A program made the position numbers and the translations under genes. A DNA stretch of 64,000 bases from Pseudomonadota bacterium (GTDB taxonomy: Bacteria; Bdellovibrionota_C; UBA2361; OMII01): contig JAYPVM010000001.1 in NCBI GenBank assembly GCA_038134595.1, positions 230,299 through 294,298 on the forward strand, read 5' to 3'. The notes under the pieces were generated by a model. That model ran no database searches. It was not told where the DNA came from and was given only the letters and a program-made list of their open reading frames with translations. Shown here piece by piece: positions 43,338 to 54,076 of the stretch (position 1 is its first letter; every line of letters begins with the position of its first letter).

Positions 43338-43808
43338 TTATGTTCTTATCGACTTAAAAAAGTTACGAAGAATGTTCTCGCATTCTATTTTTTTTATGCC
43401 TTGGATGACGCGCGGTGGTTTGCCTAGTCTTCGATCTTGGCTCAAGTCGTATAGCGAGCCAACAGCGCCTTGCTTTGAATCGCCGGCTCCAAAGACGAGA
43501 ATAGGTATGCGAGCAAGCCGAATCGCCCCGAGACACATAGTGCATGGCTCAAGCGTTACGCACAGTATGGTTTCGGTGAGTCGCCAGTTACCGAGGCTTT
43601 TAGAGGCCTCTTTAATGGCTAAAATCTCTGCATGATGGGTGGCGCAACCGTCCTCTTCGGTTCTGTTTCTCCCTCGACCTATTATTGCACCTTTATGGGC
43701 TATGACTGCGCCCACCGGTACTTCCCCGGCCTTAGCGGATTGCTCTGCTTCTTGAATCGCTTCAGTCATGAGCTCTTCAAGTAATGAATGAGTGATGGGA
43801 TAGTTCAA
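43338..43808 (-). CDS. tadA: tRNA adenosine(34) deaminase
   Basis: GEVPVGAV, HAEILAI, NWRL, VTLEPCTMC, KQGAVGS, LRNFF. Confidence 0.95.
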   Translation of the reverse strand: MNYPITHSLLEELMTEAIQEAEQSAKAGEVPVGAVIAHKGAIIGRGRNRTEEDGCATHHAEILAIKEASKSLGNWRLTETILCVTLEPCTMCLGAIRLARIPILVFGAGDSKQGAVGSLYDLSQDRRLGKPPRVIQGIKKIECENILRNFFKSIRT

Positions 43809-43855
43809 TGGAAGCCTACTCTTGCAAGAGTTTGTCGGAAGGAGCTAGAAAAAAA

Positions 43856-43949
43856 TGGCGGAGAGTGGGGGATTCGAACCCCCGATACAGCTTTTGGGCC
43901 GTATAACGGTTTAGCAAACCGCCGCCTTCAGCCACTCGGCCAACTCTCC
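43856..43949 (-). tRNA. tRNA-Ser(GCT)
   Basis: Reverse complement GGAGAGTTGGCCGAGTGG...GCGGT-TTGCTAA-ACCGT, long variable arm, ends GCCA. Confidence 0.97.
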
Positions 43950-44017
43950 GCAACCAGATGGCTCTTAATAGTCATCTGGTTTTGATAGAACATGCCTTTC
44001 CTTTATGAAAAAGCAAC

Positions 44018-44094
44018 TGGCGCGCTCTGGAGGATTCGAACCACCGACCTTCTGATTCGTAGTCAGATGCTCTATCCAGCTGAGCTAAGAGCGC
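44018..44094 (-). tRNA. tRNA-Arg(ACG)
   Basis: Reverse complement GCGCTCTTAGCTCAGCTGGATAGAGCA-TCTGA-CTACGAA-TCAGA...GGTTCGAATCC...GCCA; 77 nt. Confidence 0.98.
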
Positions 44095-44280
44095 GCAGGA
44101 TGGCAAGGGTATCAAATCCACCGAGATTCGCAAGGCAAACGAAAGCGATATGGTGAAAGATTACTGGATATTGGAGTCGGGTTTAAGGCGGGGTGTGTGA
44201 AAAGCTGTTCTTTTGACGAGATTTCTACCTAAGCCATTGATTGTTAGTGGATATTTGGGATACCCTACCGGCTCAAGAGC

Positions 44281-44370
44281 GGAAGGGTGGCCGAGTGGTT
44301 GAAGGCGCCGGTCTTGAAAACCGGAATACCGGAAACGGTATCGGGGGTTCGAATCCCTTCCCTTCCGCCA
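44281..44370 (+). tRNA. tRNA-Ser(TGA)
   Basis: GGAAGGGTGGCCGAGTGG...CCGGT-CTTGAAA-ACCGG, long variable arm, ends GCCA. Confidence 0.97.
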
Positions 44371-44413
44371 TTTTCAATACAAAGGTGAGCATTAGTTTCA
44401 CATTTGCCCGTAT

Positions 44414-44501
44414 GGAGAGGTGGCCGAGTGGCTGAAGGCGCACGCTTGGAAAGCGTGTATAGGCTAAACCCCTATCGGGGGTTCGAATCCCCCTCTCTCC
44501 G
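44414..44501 (+). tRNA. tRNA-Ser(GGA), CCA not encoded
   Basis: GGAGAGGTGGCCGAGTGG...CACGC-TTGGAAA-GCGTG...CCTCTCTCCG, followed by TATC. Confidence 0.96.
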
Positions 44502-44503
44502 TA

Positions 44504-44603
44504 TCTTTGGCATCTTCACCGGGCGGCGAAGATCGCGTTTGCGTCTTAGTCTTTGGCATCTTCACCTGGCCGCAAAGATCGCGTGCGGTGTCTTTGGCGT
44601 CTT
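44504..44603. repeat. Imperfect ~45-bp tandem repeat (two full copies plus one partial)
   Basis: tctttggcatcttcacc...agatcgcgt at 44504 and 44550; partial tctttggcgtctt at 44591. Confidence 0.8.
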
Positions 44604-44624
44604 TTCCTGATTTTAAGATAGCTT

Positions 44625-45482
44625 CTAAGACTCGACTATGCGGTAGGCTTTCGATCCTCTGGTAAGCACTAGCCCAACAAGAAAGCCACATGCAGCGCCG
44701 CCAATATGAGCTGTAGAGCTTACTTGAGGAACTGATAGATCGAAGATTGCTTGCAATGCGATGATTTGAGTCATTGCCGCTAGCTGTGCTTTTGCAATCA
44801 TGCTTCCCGTGCGTCGATACGCTAGGAGTGAGGTGGCGGCTTGAAGGCCGACCATGCCCAACACGCTTGCTGATGCTCCAAGTAGTATCATGGGGTTTCC
44901 CATATTCGTTACAAAGTTTGCTAGCCATGCGATGGTCATTCCGCCAGCACCACACAGAAGATATGAAACGATGTAGCGATTTGAGCCTAGTGTTCTCTCT
45001 ACAGTTCGCCCCAAGAACCAAAGCCCAAGCATATTCAGTGCTAGGTGTGCTACGCCCCAGTGGATAAACTGAGCTGTGAGCAATCTCCACCACTGACCAG
45101 CCTCTATAAGTGGAGAATAGAGAGCGCCTACTCTAATCAAGTTAACTGGATTGTCGATCGCGTCTTGTGAGATCTGGTATGCAAAGAAGAGCGCGTTGAT
45201 AGCGATAATTGCGATCGTTATCGGTGTCCCCGAGGAGGTGTCTATCTGTCGTAAAGAACGTGTTCGAAGTCGCAACACTACGTGGTATGCTACGAGCACT
45301 CCGATAGCGATATAGCCGCAATTATTTGGAGCGAGGGCGAATGCTAGGCCGCATGCAGTCAGGGCGCCTAGGTTGAGCTTGATGATCCAGCGGGGTAGTT
45401 GCGACCGAAACCTGAGGATGTTGTAGAGATCTCCACCCAAATTGAGAAAGGCTATTAGAGTTAGAACATAGTTAATATCCAT
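44625..45482 (-). CDS. Rhomboid family intramembrane serine protease
   Basis: WWRLLTAQFIHWGVAHLALNM, catalytic GASAS, AHIGGA. Confidence 0.93.
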   Translation of the reverse strand: MDINYVLTLIAFLNLGGDLYNILRFRSQLPRWIIKLNLGALTACGLAFALAPNNCGYIAIGVLVAYHVVLRLRTRSLRQIDTSSGTPITIAIIAINALFFAYQISQDAIDNPVNLIRVGALYSPLIEAGQWWRLLTAQFIHWGVAHLALNMLGLWFLGRTVERTLGSNRYIVSYLLCGAGGMTIAWLANFVTNMGNPMILLGASASVLGMVGLQAATSLLAYRRTGSMIAKAQLAAMTQIIALQAIFDLSVPQVSSTAHIGGAACGFLVGLVLTRGSKAYRIVES

Positions 45483-45754
45483 AGGGGGTACGCTATCTGC
45501 ATAGTAAAGAAGTCACAAGGGCTTCGTGAACTGGTTTAGGTATTGGAGGATGGTGACGATATAACGTTGGACTAAATCTGGCCATCGAAGAAACAGACGG
45601 TTTTTAGATACTGTTAAGTCACTAGGAATGTTAGTGTAATGTGACGGCGATAAAAATTTACTGAACGTGGCTGTAGGCTTGCTACGGTTTGATTGGCGAT
45701 TGGTTAATGGGGGTGCCTCGCGGGGAGTAATTTAGAACAGGGTATAAAAAAAGT

Positions 45755-48472
45755 ATGACACACAACTTATTTAACACACGACGGGAGTTTCAAACTGGAG
45801 CTGGAAATTCTGCAAGTTTTTACTCTATTCCAGCGCTCAAAGAGGCTGGATTCTCGCAGATTGACAGGCTTCCTGTCTCTATTCGAATTGTTTTGGAGTC
45901 TGTGCTTAGAAATTGCGATGGGGTTCGGGTTGAAGAGGGCTCTGTGCGTGAATTAGCTCAGTGGGATGCGACAGCAGAGCGATCTAAAGAGGTTCCCTTT
46001 GTTGTTTCGCGGGTGCTTTTACAGGACTTTACCGGAGTGCCCCTCGGTGTGGACTTAGCGGCCATGCGCGCTGCGGCAAAGGCAGTGGGAAAAGATCCAT
46101 CGGTGGTGGAGCCGTTGGTTCCTGTTGATTTAGTCATCGACCACTCTGTTCAGGTAGACTTCTCGCATAGAAATGATGCCTTGCAGCTAAACATGCAGAC
46201 CGAGTTCGATAGGAACAATGCTCGGTATGAGTTTCTCAAGTGGTGCAAGCAGGCGTTTAATTCTTTTAGCGTTGTGCCACCAGGATTTGGTATTTGCCAT
46301 CAAGTAAACCTCGAATATCTAGCGAAGGGAGTGTGCGAGCGTGAAGGTGTGTACTACCCCGATACTCTAGTGGGCACCGATTCGCACACAACGATGATCA
46401 ATGGCCTTGGTGTTGTTGGATGGGGTGTGGGAGGCATCGAGGCCGAGGCTGCAATGTTAGGACAGCCTGTGTATTTTCTTACGCCAGATGTTGTTGGGTT
46501 TCATATGCACGGGGAACTCGCTCCGGGTGTAACGGCGACTGATCTCGTTTTGCATGTTACAAACGTTCTGAGGCAGGCGAAGGTCGTTGGAAAGTTTGTA
46601 GAGTTTTTCGGCGAAGGAGCGAAGAAGCTTTCGGTCACTGATAGGGCAACAATCGCCAATATGGCGCCTGAATACGGGGCTACTATGGGATTTTTCCCGG
46701 TAGATGAGAGAACGTGCGAGTATTTGCTTGCTACAGGGCGTTCGCAGGAGCACGTCGATACATTTAGAAATTACTACACTGCACAAGGGCTTTTTGGAAT
46801 TCCTAGTAAGGGATCGTGTGATTACTCACAGGTAATCGATCTCGATTTGTCTAGCGTCCGCCCAAGCATTGCAGGGCCAAAGCGGCCACAGGATAAAATT
46901 GAATTGCCAGACGTACAGAGCACCTTTGAGTCGTTGTGCTTGAAGCCGATAGGGGAGGGAGGTTTTGGAAAGCAAGAAGAAGACTTGCAGAGCGAGTATA
47001 CGGTGTCGGTACCAAAGGGTGGCGTTGGTAGTGTCGATGGGGATGGCGTTGATGTAGCAGTGAAGCACGGAGAGGTGTTTATCGCAGCTATTACGTCGTG
47101 TACGAACACTTCAAATCCAAGTGTTATGCTAGCCGCAGGTTTGCTAGCAAAGAAGGCTGTTGAACGGGGCTTGTCAGTTAAGCCGTTTGTAAAGACCTCT
47201 CTTGCACCGGGCTCCCGAGTTGTGTCCGAGTATTTGAGCAAAACGGGCTTGCAGATATTTCTTGATGCACTTGGCTTTCAAGTAGTGGGATATGGATGTA
47301 CAACGTGCATCGGTAATTCGGGACCGCTTGATACGCACGTGGAGGAGTGCATCATCTCTAATGACTTAATCGGTTGCTCGGTTCTCTCTGGAAATCGAAA
47401 CTTTGAAGCAAGGGTACATCAGAATATAAAGGCGAACTTTTTGATGAGTCCTCCTCTGGTAGTTGCATACGCTTTAGCAGGAAGCGTTCGCGTTGATTTT
47501 GAGAGGGATCCCGTGGGTGTTGATAAGGATGGCAATGATGTGTTTCTCAAAGATATATGGCCTACGAGCCAGGAGATTGCAGCGTTGGTTCCAGCGGCTT
47601 TCGATGCCGAGATGTACAAGGATCTATACGGGGACGTTGGAGCAAAAAATCCACTCTGGGACTCGATAGCCTCAAAAGAGGGTATTGTCTACCAGTGGGA
47701 TGCAACATCAACGTACATTCAGGAACCGCCGTATTTTAAGGGATTTGGTGAAACTCCACCGTCTCCCGAGGGGATTACAGGGGCGCGAGCGCTTGCAGTG
47801 TTTGGAGATTCCGTGACTACAGATCACATTAGCCCAGCGGGAGCGATTAAAAAAGATTCGCCAGCAGGAGCGTATCTTATCTCGCGAGGTGTGGCACCGA
47901 AGGATTTTAACAGCTACGGAGCGCGTCGCGGTTCACACGATGTGATGGTTCGAGGAACTTTTGCGAATGTGCGGATTAAGAATCGGATGGTTCCAGGAGT
48001 TGAGGGAGGAGTAACGGTGCATCAACCTAGTGGTGAGCAGATGACTATCTATGATGCGTCGTGTCGATATCAAGAGACAAAAACTCCGCTTGTTGTGATA
48101 GCTGGGCAGGAGTACGGCACAGGTAGTTCCCGAGACTGGGCGGCGAAGGGAACAAAGCTTTTGGGGGTGCGGGCTGTTATTGCGCAAAGTTTCGAGAGGA
48201 TTCATAGGAGTAATCTAATCGGTATGGGAGTTTTGCCGTGTCAGTTTAAGGATGGTGATTCAGCTGATACTATAGGCATAACTGGAGTTGAGGAGTTTTC
48301 GCTGATTGGGATAGAAGACGGACTCACACCGGGGCAGGATGTCACACTTCGCATCACGAGGACTGATGGAACAAGCACTGATGTCGTCGTAACGCTTCGA
48401 GTTGATACCTCTGTAGAAGTTGAATACTTTAACCATGGAGGGATTTTGCCGTATGTGTTGCGCTCTTTGTAG
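45755..48472 (+). CDS. acnA: Aconitate hydratase A
   Basis: [63 protein letters not shown]. Confidence 0.99.
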   Translation: MTHNLFNTRREFQTGAGNSASFYSIPALKEAGFSQIDRLPVSIRIVLESVLRNCDGVRVEEGSVRELAQWDATAERSKEVPFVVSRVLLQDFTGVPLGVDLAAMRAAAKAVGKDPSVVEPLVPVDLVIDHSVQVDFSHRNDALQLNMQTEFDRNNARYEFLKWCKQAFNSFSVVPPGFGICHQVNLEYLAKGVCEREGVYYPDTLVGTDSHTTMINGLGVVGWGVGGIEAEAAMLGQPVYFLTPDVVGFHMHGELAPGVTATDLVLHVTNVLRQAKVVGKFVEFFGEGAKKLSVTDRATIANMAPEYGATMGFFPVDERTCEYLLATGRSQEHVDTFRNYYTAQGLFGIPSKGSCDYSQVIDLDLSSVRPSIAGPKRPQDKIELPDVQSTFESLCLKPIGEGGFGKQEEDLQSEYTVSVPKGGVGSVDGDGVDVAVKHGEVFIAAITSCTNTSNPSVMLAAGLLAKKAVERGLSVKPFVKTSLAPGSRVVSEYLSKTGLQIFLDALGFQVVGYGCTTCIGNSGPLDTHVEECIISNDLIGCSVLSGNRNFEARVHQNIKANFLMSPPLVVAYALAGSVRVDFERDPVGVDKDGNDVFLKDIWPTSQEIAALVPAAFDAEMYKDLYGDVGAKNPLWDSIASKEGIVYQWDATSTYIQEPPYFKGFGETPPSPEGITGARALAVFGDSVTTDHISPAGAIKKDSPAGAYLISRGVAPKDFNSYGARRGSHDVMVRGTFANVRIKNRMVPGVEGGVTVHQPSGEQMTIYDASCRYQETKTPLVVIAGQEYGTGSSRDWAAKGTKLLGVRAVIAQSFERIHRSNLIGMGVLPCQFKDGDSADTIGITGVEEFSLIGIEDGLTPGQDVTLRITRTDGTSTDVVVTLRVDTSVEVEYFNHGGILPYVLRSL

Positions 48473-48553
48473 TGCGAGATTTGTTTCGTTGAACGTGGTG
48501 CTACCTGCGTGGTAGCCTTGCTAAAGGTAGAGAGAAATATCGGAGAGGTGTTT

Positions 48554-49129
48554 ATGAAAAAGTTTTCGTGTGTATTGTTTGCTACTGCCCTTCTAGCTGC
48601 AGGATTTTTTATGGGAGCTAGTGGAGTTAATGATTTGCTAATCGAGCAAGCGCATGCTGATTCAGCAGGTAAGAAAGTGCCGATGTATCTCATCACTGCA
48701 GAAGGACAGGGCAGAAAAATCGGGGCTATAGTTCTTAAAGACAGCTCGCAAGGGCTTGTTGTGCAACCTAGAATTATCGGGCTTACCCCGGGAGAGCATG
48801 GGTTTCACGTTCACGAAAACCCAGATTGTAGTCCCAAGAAAAAAGATGGGAAGATGGTCGCGGGCTTGGCAGCAGGCTCACACTACGACCCACACAGTAC
48901 GAGCTCTCATAAGGGCCCGCATGGGGGCGGTCATTTAGGAGATCTACCGAAGCTTGTCGCTGATGAGTTGGGCGCTGTAGTTGATGCTGTGACGATTGCG
49001 GGTGTCACTGTTTCTGATGTCTCCAATCGAAGTCTTATGATTCATGCTGGTGGAGATAATTACTCAGACAGCCCCAATCCTCTAGGTGGTGGAGGAGCTC
49101 GAGTTGCTTGCGGGGTCATTCCGAAATAG
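48554..49129 (+). CDS. sodC: Periplasmic Cu/Zn superoxide dismutase
   Basis: Signal peptide; HGFHVHENPDC, GHLGDLP, LMIHAGGDNYSD, GGGGARVACG. Confidence 0.96.
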   Translation: MKKFSCVLFATALLAAGFFMGASGVNDLLIEQAHADSAGKKVPMYLITAEGQGRKIGAIVLKDSSQGLVVQPRIIGLTPGEHGFHVHENPDCSPKKKDGKMVAGLAAGSHYDPHSTSSHKGPHGGGHLGDLPKLVADELGAVVDAVTIAGVTVSDVSNRSLMIHAGGDNYSDSPNPLGGGGARVACGVIPK

Positions 49130-49198
49130 TTAAGCGGATTATACCGCCTTTTACCTTTTATTGCGTGGATAAAGCTCACGAAGAGTACGCTGGCTTTC

Positions 49199-49669
49199 AT
49201 GAAGATTCGCATAATCAGTGTTGGTAAGGTTCGCCAGAGTTTTGTGAAAGACGGTGAGGCGGAGTATCTGAAGCGAATAAAGGGTAGTGGGCTACATGTT
49301 ACTCTTGAAGAGCTAGGATTGGACGGGTCGCAATCGCTCAAGCCGGAGGAGGTTCAGGAGCGAGAGGGACAGGAGCTTCTAAAGCGCCTAAAGCCTGGCG
49401 AGCTTCTTGTAGTGCTTGATGAGCGGGGAAGGAGCCTATCATCGAAGCAGTTTGCAAACGTAGTAGAAGGCTGGATGCGAAGTGGCACCAAAACAGTCGT
49501 GTTTGTTATTGGAGGGGCATATGGGTTCTCTGAAAACGTTCGGCAGTCGGCAGATTATGTCTTGTCTTTGTCAGCGATGACACTCCCACATCAGCTAACA
49601 CGTCTGGTTCTTGTTGAGCAGATCTATAGGGCGCAGACGCTTGTGCAAGGAGTGGGGTATCATAAGTGA
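49199..49669 (+). CDS. rlmH: 23S rRNA pseudouridine1915 N3-methyltransferase
   Basis: LDERG, FVIGGAYG, SLSAMTLPHQL.R.VLVEQIYRA, GYHK. Confidence 0.97.
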   Translation: MKIRIISVGKVRQSFVKDGEAEYLKRIKGSGLHVTLEELGLDGSQSLKPEEVQEREGQELLKRLKPGELLVVLDERGRSLSSKQFANVVEGWMRSGTKTVVFVIGGAYGFSENVRQSADYVLSLSAMTLPHQLTRLVLVEQIYRAQTLVQGVGYHK

Positions 49670-49967
49670 CAAAAAGGTTAGATGTATCCTTGTAAATCTG
49701 GGAAGAGAATTTAAGTCGTTAGGCGGTAGGACGATTCCTATAATAAATTTAAATGTAGGGTGTTTGCCATCGGTAGAACGCACGGCCCCCCCTCCCTCTC
49801 TTTCTCTCTGAAAACGTTAGACAATTGGGAGCCTACGATTTATCGTTGTCGATGTAACGAGGCTATACGGACTAATATATCCCGAGAGGATTTCTAAGAC
49901 GATTCGGATGTTTTTGCCATAAAAGAGTAATTACTTTGCGAGATCTTGATACGGCTAAGCGATTAGA

Positions 49968-50471
49968 GTGGGAGTTATCACAGTGGGAGCGATAAAGAAG
50001 TTTACAAAGAGGGGCTTGCGTTCGATCGTTGGGGGTAGAAGCCCTGTTCGAGTAGTAGAGGAGCTCATTGTTCGTAAGGGATTTGATCCTGATGCGTGCA
50101 AGACTGAGGATGAGAGCGGATCTGTTCGGTGGATGTTTGCGGTGCGCGATGCTTGTGAGCTTGAGATTTTGATCGAGGGTAAAGACTCTAAGGAGGATGC
50201 GACCGTTTATCTAGGCCTAAACGTTTTGACTGTGCCGATTCGGGGTGCCGGTGATGTATTGGCGGCGGCGCTTGAGGTAGCGGATGGTCTCATCGGTGTT
50301 AAAGTTAGCCTGGTCGGACACTATTTAGTTTTGAGCGCTGGTCTTAGTGCGCAGGGCATTACCGTTGAAGATTTGGAGTACCACGTGAGGTTAATAGAGG
50401 CGCAAGAGAGTTGGTTTCGTGATGCGGTTGCTTCAAATTTAGGCTGGGATGTCGCTGGTGATGGAGAGTAG
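49968..50471 (+). CDS. YbjN / T3SS-chaperone-like fold hypothetical protein
   Basis: Acidic 167-aa protein with a beta-strand pattern and C-terminal helix typical of YbjN/CesT-like proteins (by eye). Confidence 0.55.
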   Translation: MGVITVGAIKKFTKRGLRSIVGGRSPVRVVEELIVRKGFDPDACKTEDESGSVRWMFAVRDACELEILIEGKDSKEDATVYLGLNVLTVPIRGAGDVLAAALEVADGLIGVKVSLVGHYLVLSAGLSAQGITVEDLEYHVRLIEAQESWFRDAVASNLGWDVAGDGE

Positions 50472-50486
50472 CCTTTTTTGTACTCT

Positions 50487-50987
50487 TTATCTCGCAAGTG
50501 ATTCTTGAGGTTTCTCAGCTATGATGTCACTAAAGTTAGATAAGACATCACCTTTAAAGGCGGCAACGGAGACAAACAGAGGCGCTGTGTCTTTGATGTT
50601 TCGGATGGTGTATCTATAGACTGGGCCGTAGCTTTCATCTCTTTCCTCGCGCAATTCTGAGAGAAATATCGTTGTCTCTTGAGAGAGGTTGTTCTTGTCG
50701 TTTCCGTAACGAATCACGAAGCCATCGACCGGTTCTGCAGGCACTTCCCAGGTCACTTCCAAGCCAATAGATTTTTTTGTGATAAGTGGCGTATCGGGGA
50801 TTAGGTCTCCCCGTTTTGAAGTATGGGATTTTTGAGAGGGGCTTGAGAATATAGAACAGGCACATAGGCTCGAAAGAGCGATGGCTAGAAGCAGACTGGA
50901 TAAGCGGTAGTGTTGTATGTTTTTCATAATTTGTTGCTTTATAGATTGATCTATCCCCAGTGTATTGGGAGCGCTTGCGACATTCAA
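50487..50987 (-). CDS. Putative lipoprotein with FN3-like domain
   Basis: Lipobox-like SSLCAC; LEVTWEVPAEPVDGFVIRYG...FVSVAAF...SNFS. The true start may be a downstream Met. Confidence 0.65.
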   Translation of the reverse strand: MNVASAPNTLGIDQSIKQQIMKNIQHYRLSSLLLAIALSSLCACSIFSSPSQKSHTSKRGDLIPDTPLITKKSIGLEVTWEVPAEPVDGFVIRYGNDKNNLSQETTIFLSELREERDESYGPVYRYTIRNIKDTAPLFVSVAAFKGDVLSNFSDIIAEKPQESLAR

Positions 50988-51007
50988 GGGGGAGTTTTAG
51001 AGCAGGG

Positions 51008-51421
51008 CTAGCGAATGACGACTGGGGTTCGCTTGCAACCCAACATGCCGCCTTGCCTACTATCCCAGCGACAAACAGACGAGCTGTTTACATGGTGGGC
51101 ACTTCCTTGAAAACCATCGGGATATGCTTCTATATTCAAGACGATTCCTTTTGATAGTTGGCTAACCCCGGGTAGGCCCTTTATTTTGCAGTGCTCTTCT
51201 TCTTTAATTTTGTCGCAATGAGATATTTCTACGAATGATTGATTGCCATCGAAAAACCGCTGTTGGGCGGCTGCGATGTTTCTTAGGTCGTTGGTTGCCG
51301 CGGTATTGTACCCTTTCTGCTTGTAGATGGAGTATTGTGGAATGGCGATAAGGGCTAGGATGCCGAAAATAGCTCCGACTACTAAAAATTCAATGACCGA
51401 AAACCCTCGTTCTGCTTTCAT
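51008..51421 (-). CDS. Type IV pilin-like protein
   Basis: Prepilin site RG-FSVIEFLVVGAIFGILALIAIPQY; C-terminal Cys pairs. Confidence 0.9.
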   Translation of the reverse strand: MKAERGFSVIEFLVVGAIFGILALIAIPQYSIYKQKGYNTAATNDLRNIAAAQQRFFDGNQSFVEISHCDKIKEEEHCKIKGLPGVSQLSKGIVLNIEAYPDGFQGSAHHVNSSSVCRWDSRQGGMLGCKRTPVVIR

Positions 51422-51586
51422 ACTCTTTCTGCCTAAAAAAACCGGTAAAAGTGTCTAACAACTTGTTTTCTTTAGTGTCATGGGCCTGGTTCGTCTACGA
51501 ACTGCTCCTACCCGCACGCTTCTTGACTCCCATTTAAGATGCGGCGGATATGGAGAGCGTTTTAGGAAAATTGGTGAATTTTTGGA

Positions 51587-52648
51587 CTATATGCCGGCAA
51601 GGTCTCCTATTTGGAACAAGGGGAGATAAAGACCTATAACGAGCGTTCCAACGAGTAGGCCAAGAATAATCATGATAGATGGCTCGAGTAGCTGTTTGAG
51701 CGTATCCAGGCTTTGATCGAGTTCCGATTGTGCGTGTTCAATTGCGTTTGTCAGCATTAAATCGAGAGTACCTGTTTGTTCTCCCGTATCAATTAGCTCA
51801 TTCACAAGGGGCGGAAAGAGTTCGCTTCGCCGGCACGATTCGGCAAATGATGTCCCTTCTTGAAGCATTTCTTTCATCGTTGCAACCCGTTGTTTAGTAA
51901 TGAAGCTTGTCGTTGATTTTTCAATAATAGTTAAAACCTCATAGTGGGGAATGCCGGCTCGAATGAGATGAGACAGGATGCCTCCGTAGTATCGTGCCTG
52001 AGCAGCATGTATGTATCGTCTCAAGATAGGAGTATGTGCGAGCGCTCTTTCAAGTGAGTTTTTAGCTGTTGGTGATGACCATAAAAAATATAAGAGAGTC
52101 GATACGGCTCCGATAATGATACAAAGGATATCGAACCAAAAATTCAGAAGACAACGAGAGGCGCCCACGATTAATTGGGTTAGGAGTGGAAGTTGTACGC
52201 CACCTTGAACAAAAAGGTCCTCAAACGTTGGTACAACGACAACTAGCAAGAAAATTGTAGTGGCTAGTAATACAGCCAGCACAACAGAGGGATAGAGAAG
52301 GGCCTGTCTGAGGTGTTTCCGTGTTTGAATAACGGTGTGTAAATGAGCGTTTAAAATAGTGAAGATCTCATCTAATACCCCGCCCTTTTCGCCGATACTA
52401 ACAAGGCTGCTACATATGGGTGGAAAGGTCTCTGTTAGGTTTTGCATGCTTGAAGCAAGACTTTGACCTTCATGTAGTTTCTCGGCGAGCATCTTAGATG
52501 CCGATTGGAGGGAATCGGTGTGAGCTTGGCGAGATAGGATATCTAAGCCTTGTGCTATAGGAATGCCTGCGGCAAGTATGCTTGCCAATTGCCGGAAGTA
52601 GAGTGCTACGTGCTTTGTAGCTGGTCTTTGAGAGGTGCGTATCGGCAT
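51587..52648 (-). CDS. PilC/GspF-family inner-membrane platform protein
   Basis: FRQLASILAAGIP, GEKGGVLD, ALLYP, GEQTGTLD, LLEP, YLPLFQI. Confidence 0.92.
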   Translation of the reverse strand: MPIRTSQRPATKHVALYFRQLASILAAGIPIAQGLDILSRQAHTDSLQSASKMLAEKLHEGQSLASSMQNLTETFPPICSSLVSIGEKGGVLDEIFTILNAHLHTVIQTRKHLRQALLYPSVVLAVLLATTIFLLVVVVPTFEDLFVQGGVQLPLLTQLIVGASRCLLNFWFDILCIIIGAVSTLLYFLWSSPTAKNSLERALAHTPILRRYIHAAQARYYGGILSHLIRAGIPHYEVLTIIEKSTTSFITKQRVATMKEMLQEGTSFAESCRRSELFPPLVNELIDTGEQTGTLDLMLTNAIEHAQSELDQSLDTLKQLLEPSIMIILGLLVGTLVIGLYLPLFQIGDLAGI

Positions 52649-52805
52649 AGGTGCTCTTTTTGGGGAGGGATGGCGGTATAATATCGAAAACCTCGAGCAA
52701 AAAGTTGTTTTTGAGCTAATTGAGTCTGAGTTTCGTTATGCTATAAAAGAAATCTAACCTTGGTGGGTGGCAGAGAGATTTCGGTAGAGTACGTATGGGT
52801 GCTAC

Positions 52806-53894
52806 GTGAAAAAGCGAAGTAAGGTCTTAGAGAGACAAGAAAAATCTCATAAGGCGAGTGATCCCGTACTCGAAGTTGAGGTAGTGCCAGCGGATGAAGA
52901 AGCACAATCCGTTGTTGGCGATCAGTTAGATGATGGAGACGTTATCGATGTTGATTTCTCTGTTGAGGAAAGTGGCGATGAAGATCAGAGTCAAACGCAT
53001 CTAGAACCGACTCGGAGGTCAAGTGCGAGCGAGCGGAGCGTTGTACCGTACAATGCGCTCGATGCCTATCTGGGAGAGATTCGTAGATTCAGCCCGCTTA
53101 CGAAAGAAGAAGAGCACGCTGTTGCAGTTGAGTATCTTAAGACAAAGAGTCCCGAGGCTGCATACACACTGGTGTCGAGTACTTTGTGGCTTGTCGTAAA
53201 AATCGCGCGAGATTACGAGCGTGTTGCTAAAAACGTTCTCGATCTTATCCAAGAGGGAAATATAGGATTGATGGAAGCGGTTCAAAACTTCGATCCGTAT
53301 CGAGGTGTGCGCTTTCCGAGCTATGCTGTGTGGTGGATAAGAGCGTATATTATACGCTACATCATCGCTAATTGGCGAATGGTCAAGATAGGCACAACGC
53401 AAGCTCAGCGAAAACTTTTCTTTAATCTTAGAAAGGAGGCGGACCGCCTGGAGCGAGAAGGGATTTATCCCTCAACAAAACTTCTGGCTGAACGGCTGCA
53501 AGTGAAGGAAGGCGAGGTCGTAGAGATGTCTCAGCGTTTGGGAGGGTCAGATGTAAGCTTTGATGCTCCTATTCAAGAGGATGGTTCTTCCGATCTTTTG
53601 TCTATTCATCCCGTAGAAGAGGTGTCTACAGAGGAGCTTGTTGCGAAAAAACAGCTACAACAAGCGCTCTCGGACGCGATAGAATCCTTTAAAAAAGAAC
53701 TGAACACGAAGGAAGAGGCGGTACTAACAGGACGCATTCTTGCCGAGGAAAAGCGAACGCTACAGGAACTGTCTGACTTGTTGCTAATTAGTAAAGAGCG
53801 TGTAAGACAGATTGAAAACAAGGTGCGAGAGCGCTTGCGAGCGTTTGTTGCGCAGGAACTGGGAGCAGATCTCCAAGATTGGATGGGCGATTAA
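52806..53894 (+). CDS. rpoH: RNA polymerase sigma factor, sigma-32 family
   Basis: DLIQEGNIGLM, YAVWWIRAYI, RpoH box QRKLFFNLR, ERVRQIE; acidic N-terminal extension. Confidence 0.9.
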   Translation: MKKRSKVLERQEKSHKASDPVLEVEVVPADEEAQSVVGDQLDDGDVIDVDFSVEESGDEDQSQTHLEPTRRSSASERSVVPYNALDAYLGEIRRFSPLTKEEEHAVAVEYLKTKSPEAAYTLVSSTLWLVVKIARDYERVAKNVLDLIQEGNIGLMEAVQNFDPYRGVRFPSYAVWWIRAYIIRYIIANWRMVKIGTTQAQRKLFFNLRKEADRLEREGIYPSTKLLAERLQVKEGEVVEMSQRLGGSDVSFDAPIQEDGSSDLLSIHPVEEVSTEELVAKKQLQQALSDAIESFKKELNTKEEAVLTGRILAEEKRTLQELSDLLLISKERVRQIENKVRERLRAFVAQELGADLQDWMGD

Positions 53895-54076
53895 TCGAAC
53901 TTTGCATAACCGCTTTCTAGAATGGCGAGGCGGGATATTTCGCAGTTTAATATCGTTAAACAAATAATCATCAGAGAATTAAGCGTATAGCTTCTGTTTC
54001 CACATCCTGTGGATATCTCATAGTTAGTGCGAAAAGAAATTAAGTAATTTAAAGTTAGTAAATACGCACTTTTTTC

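Noticed and set aside
44504..44603. CRISPR array
   Set aside because: Only two and a half degenerate units, no unique spacers of proper length, and no cas genes.
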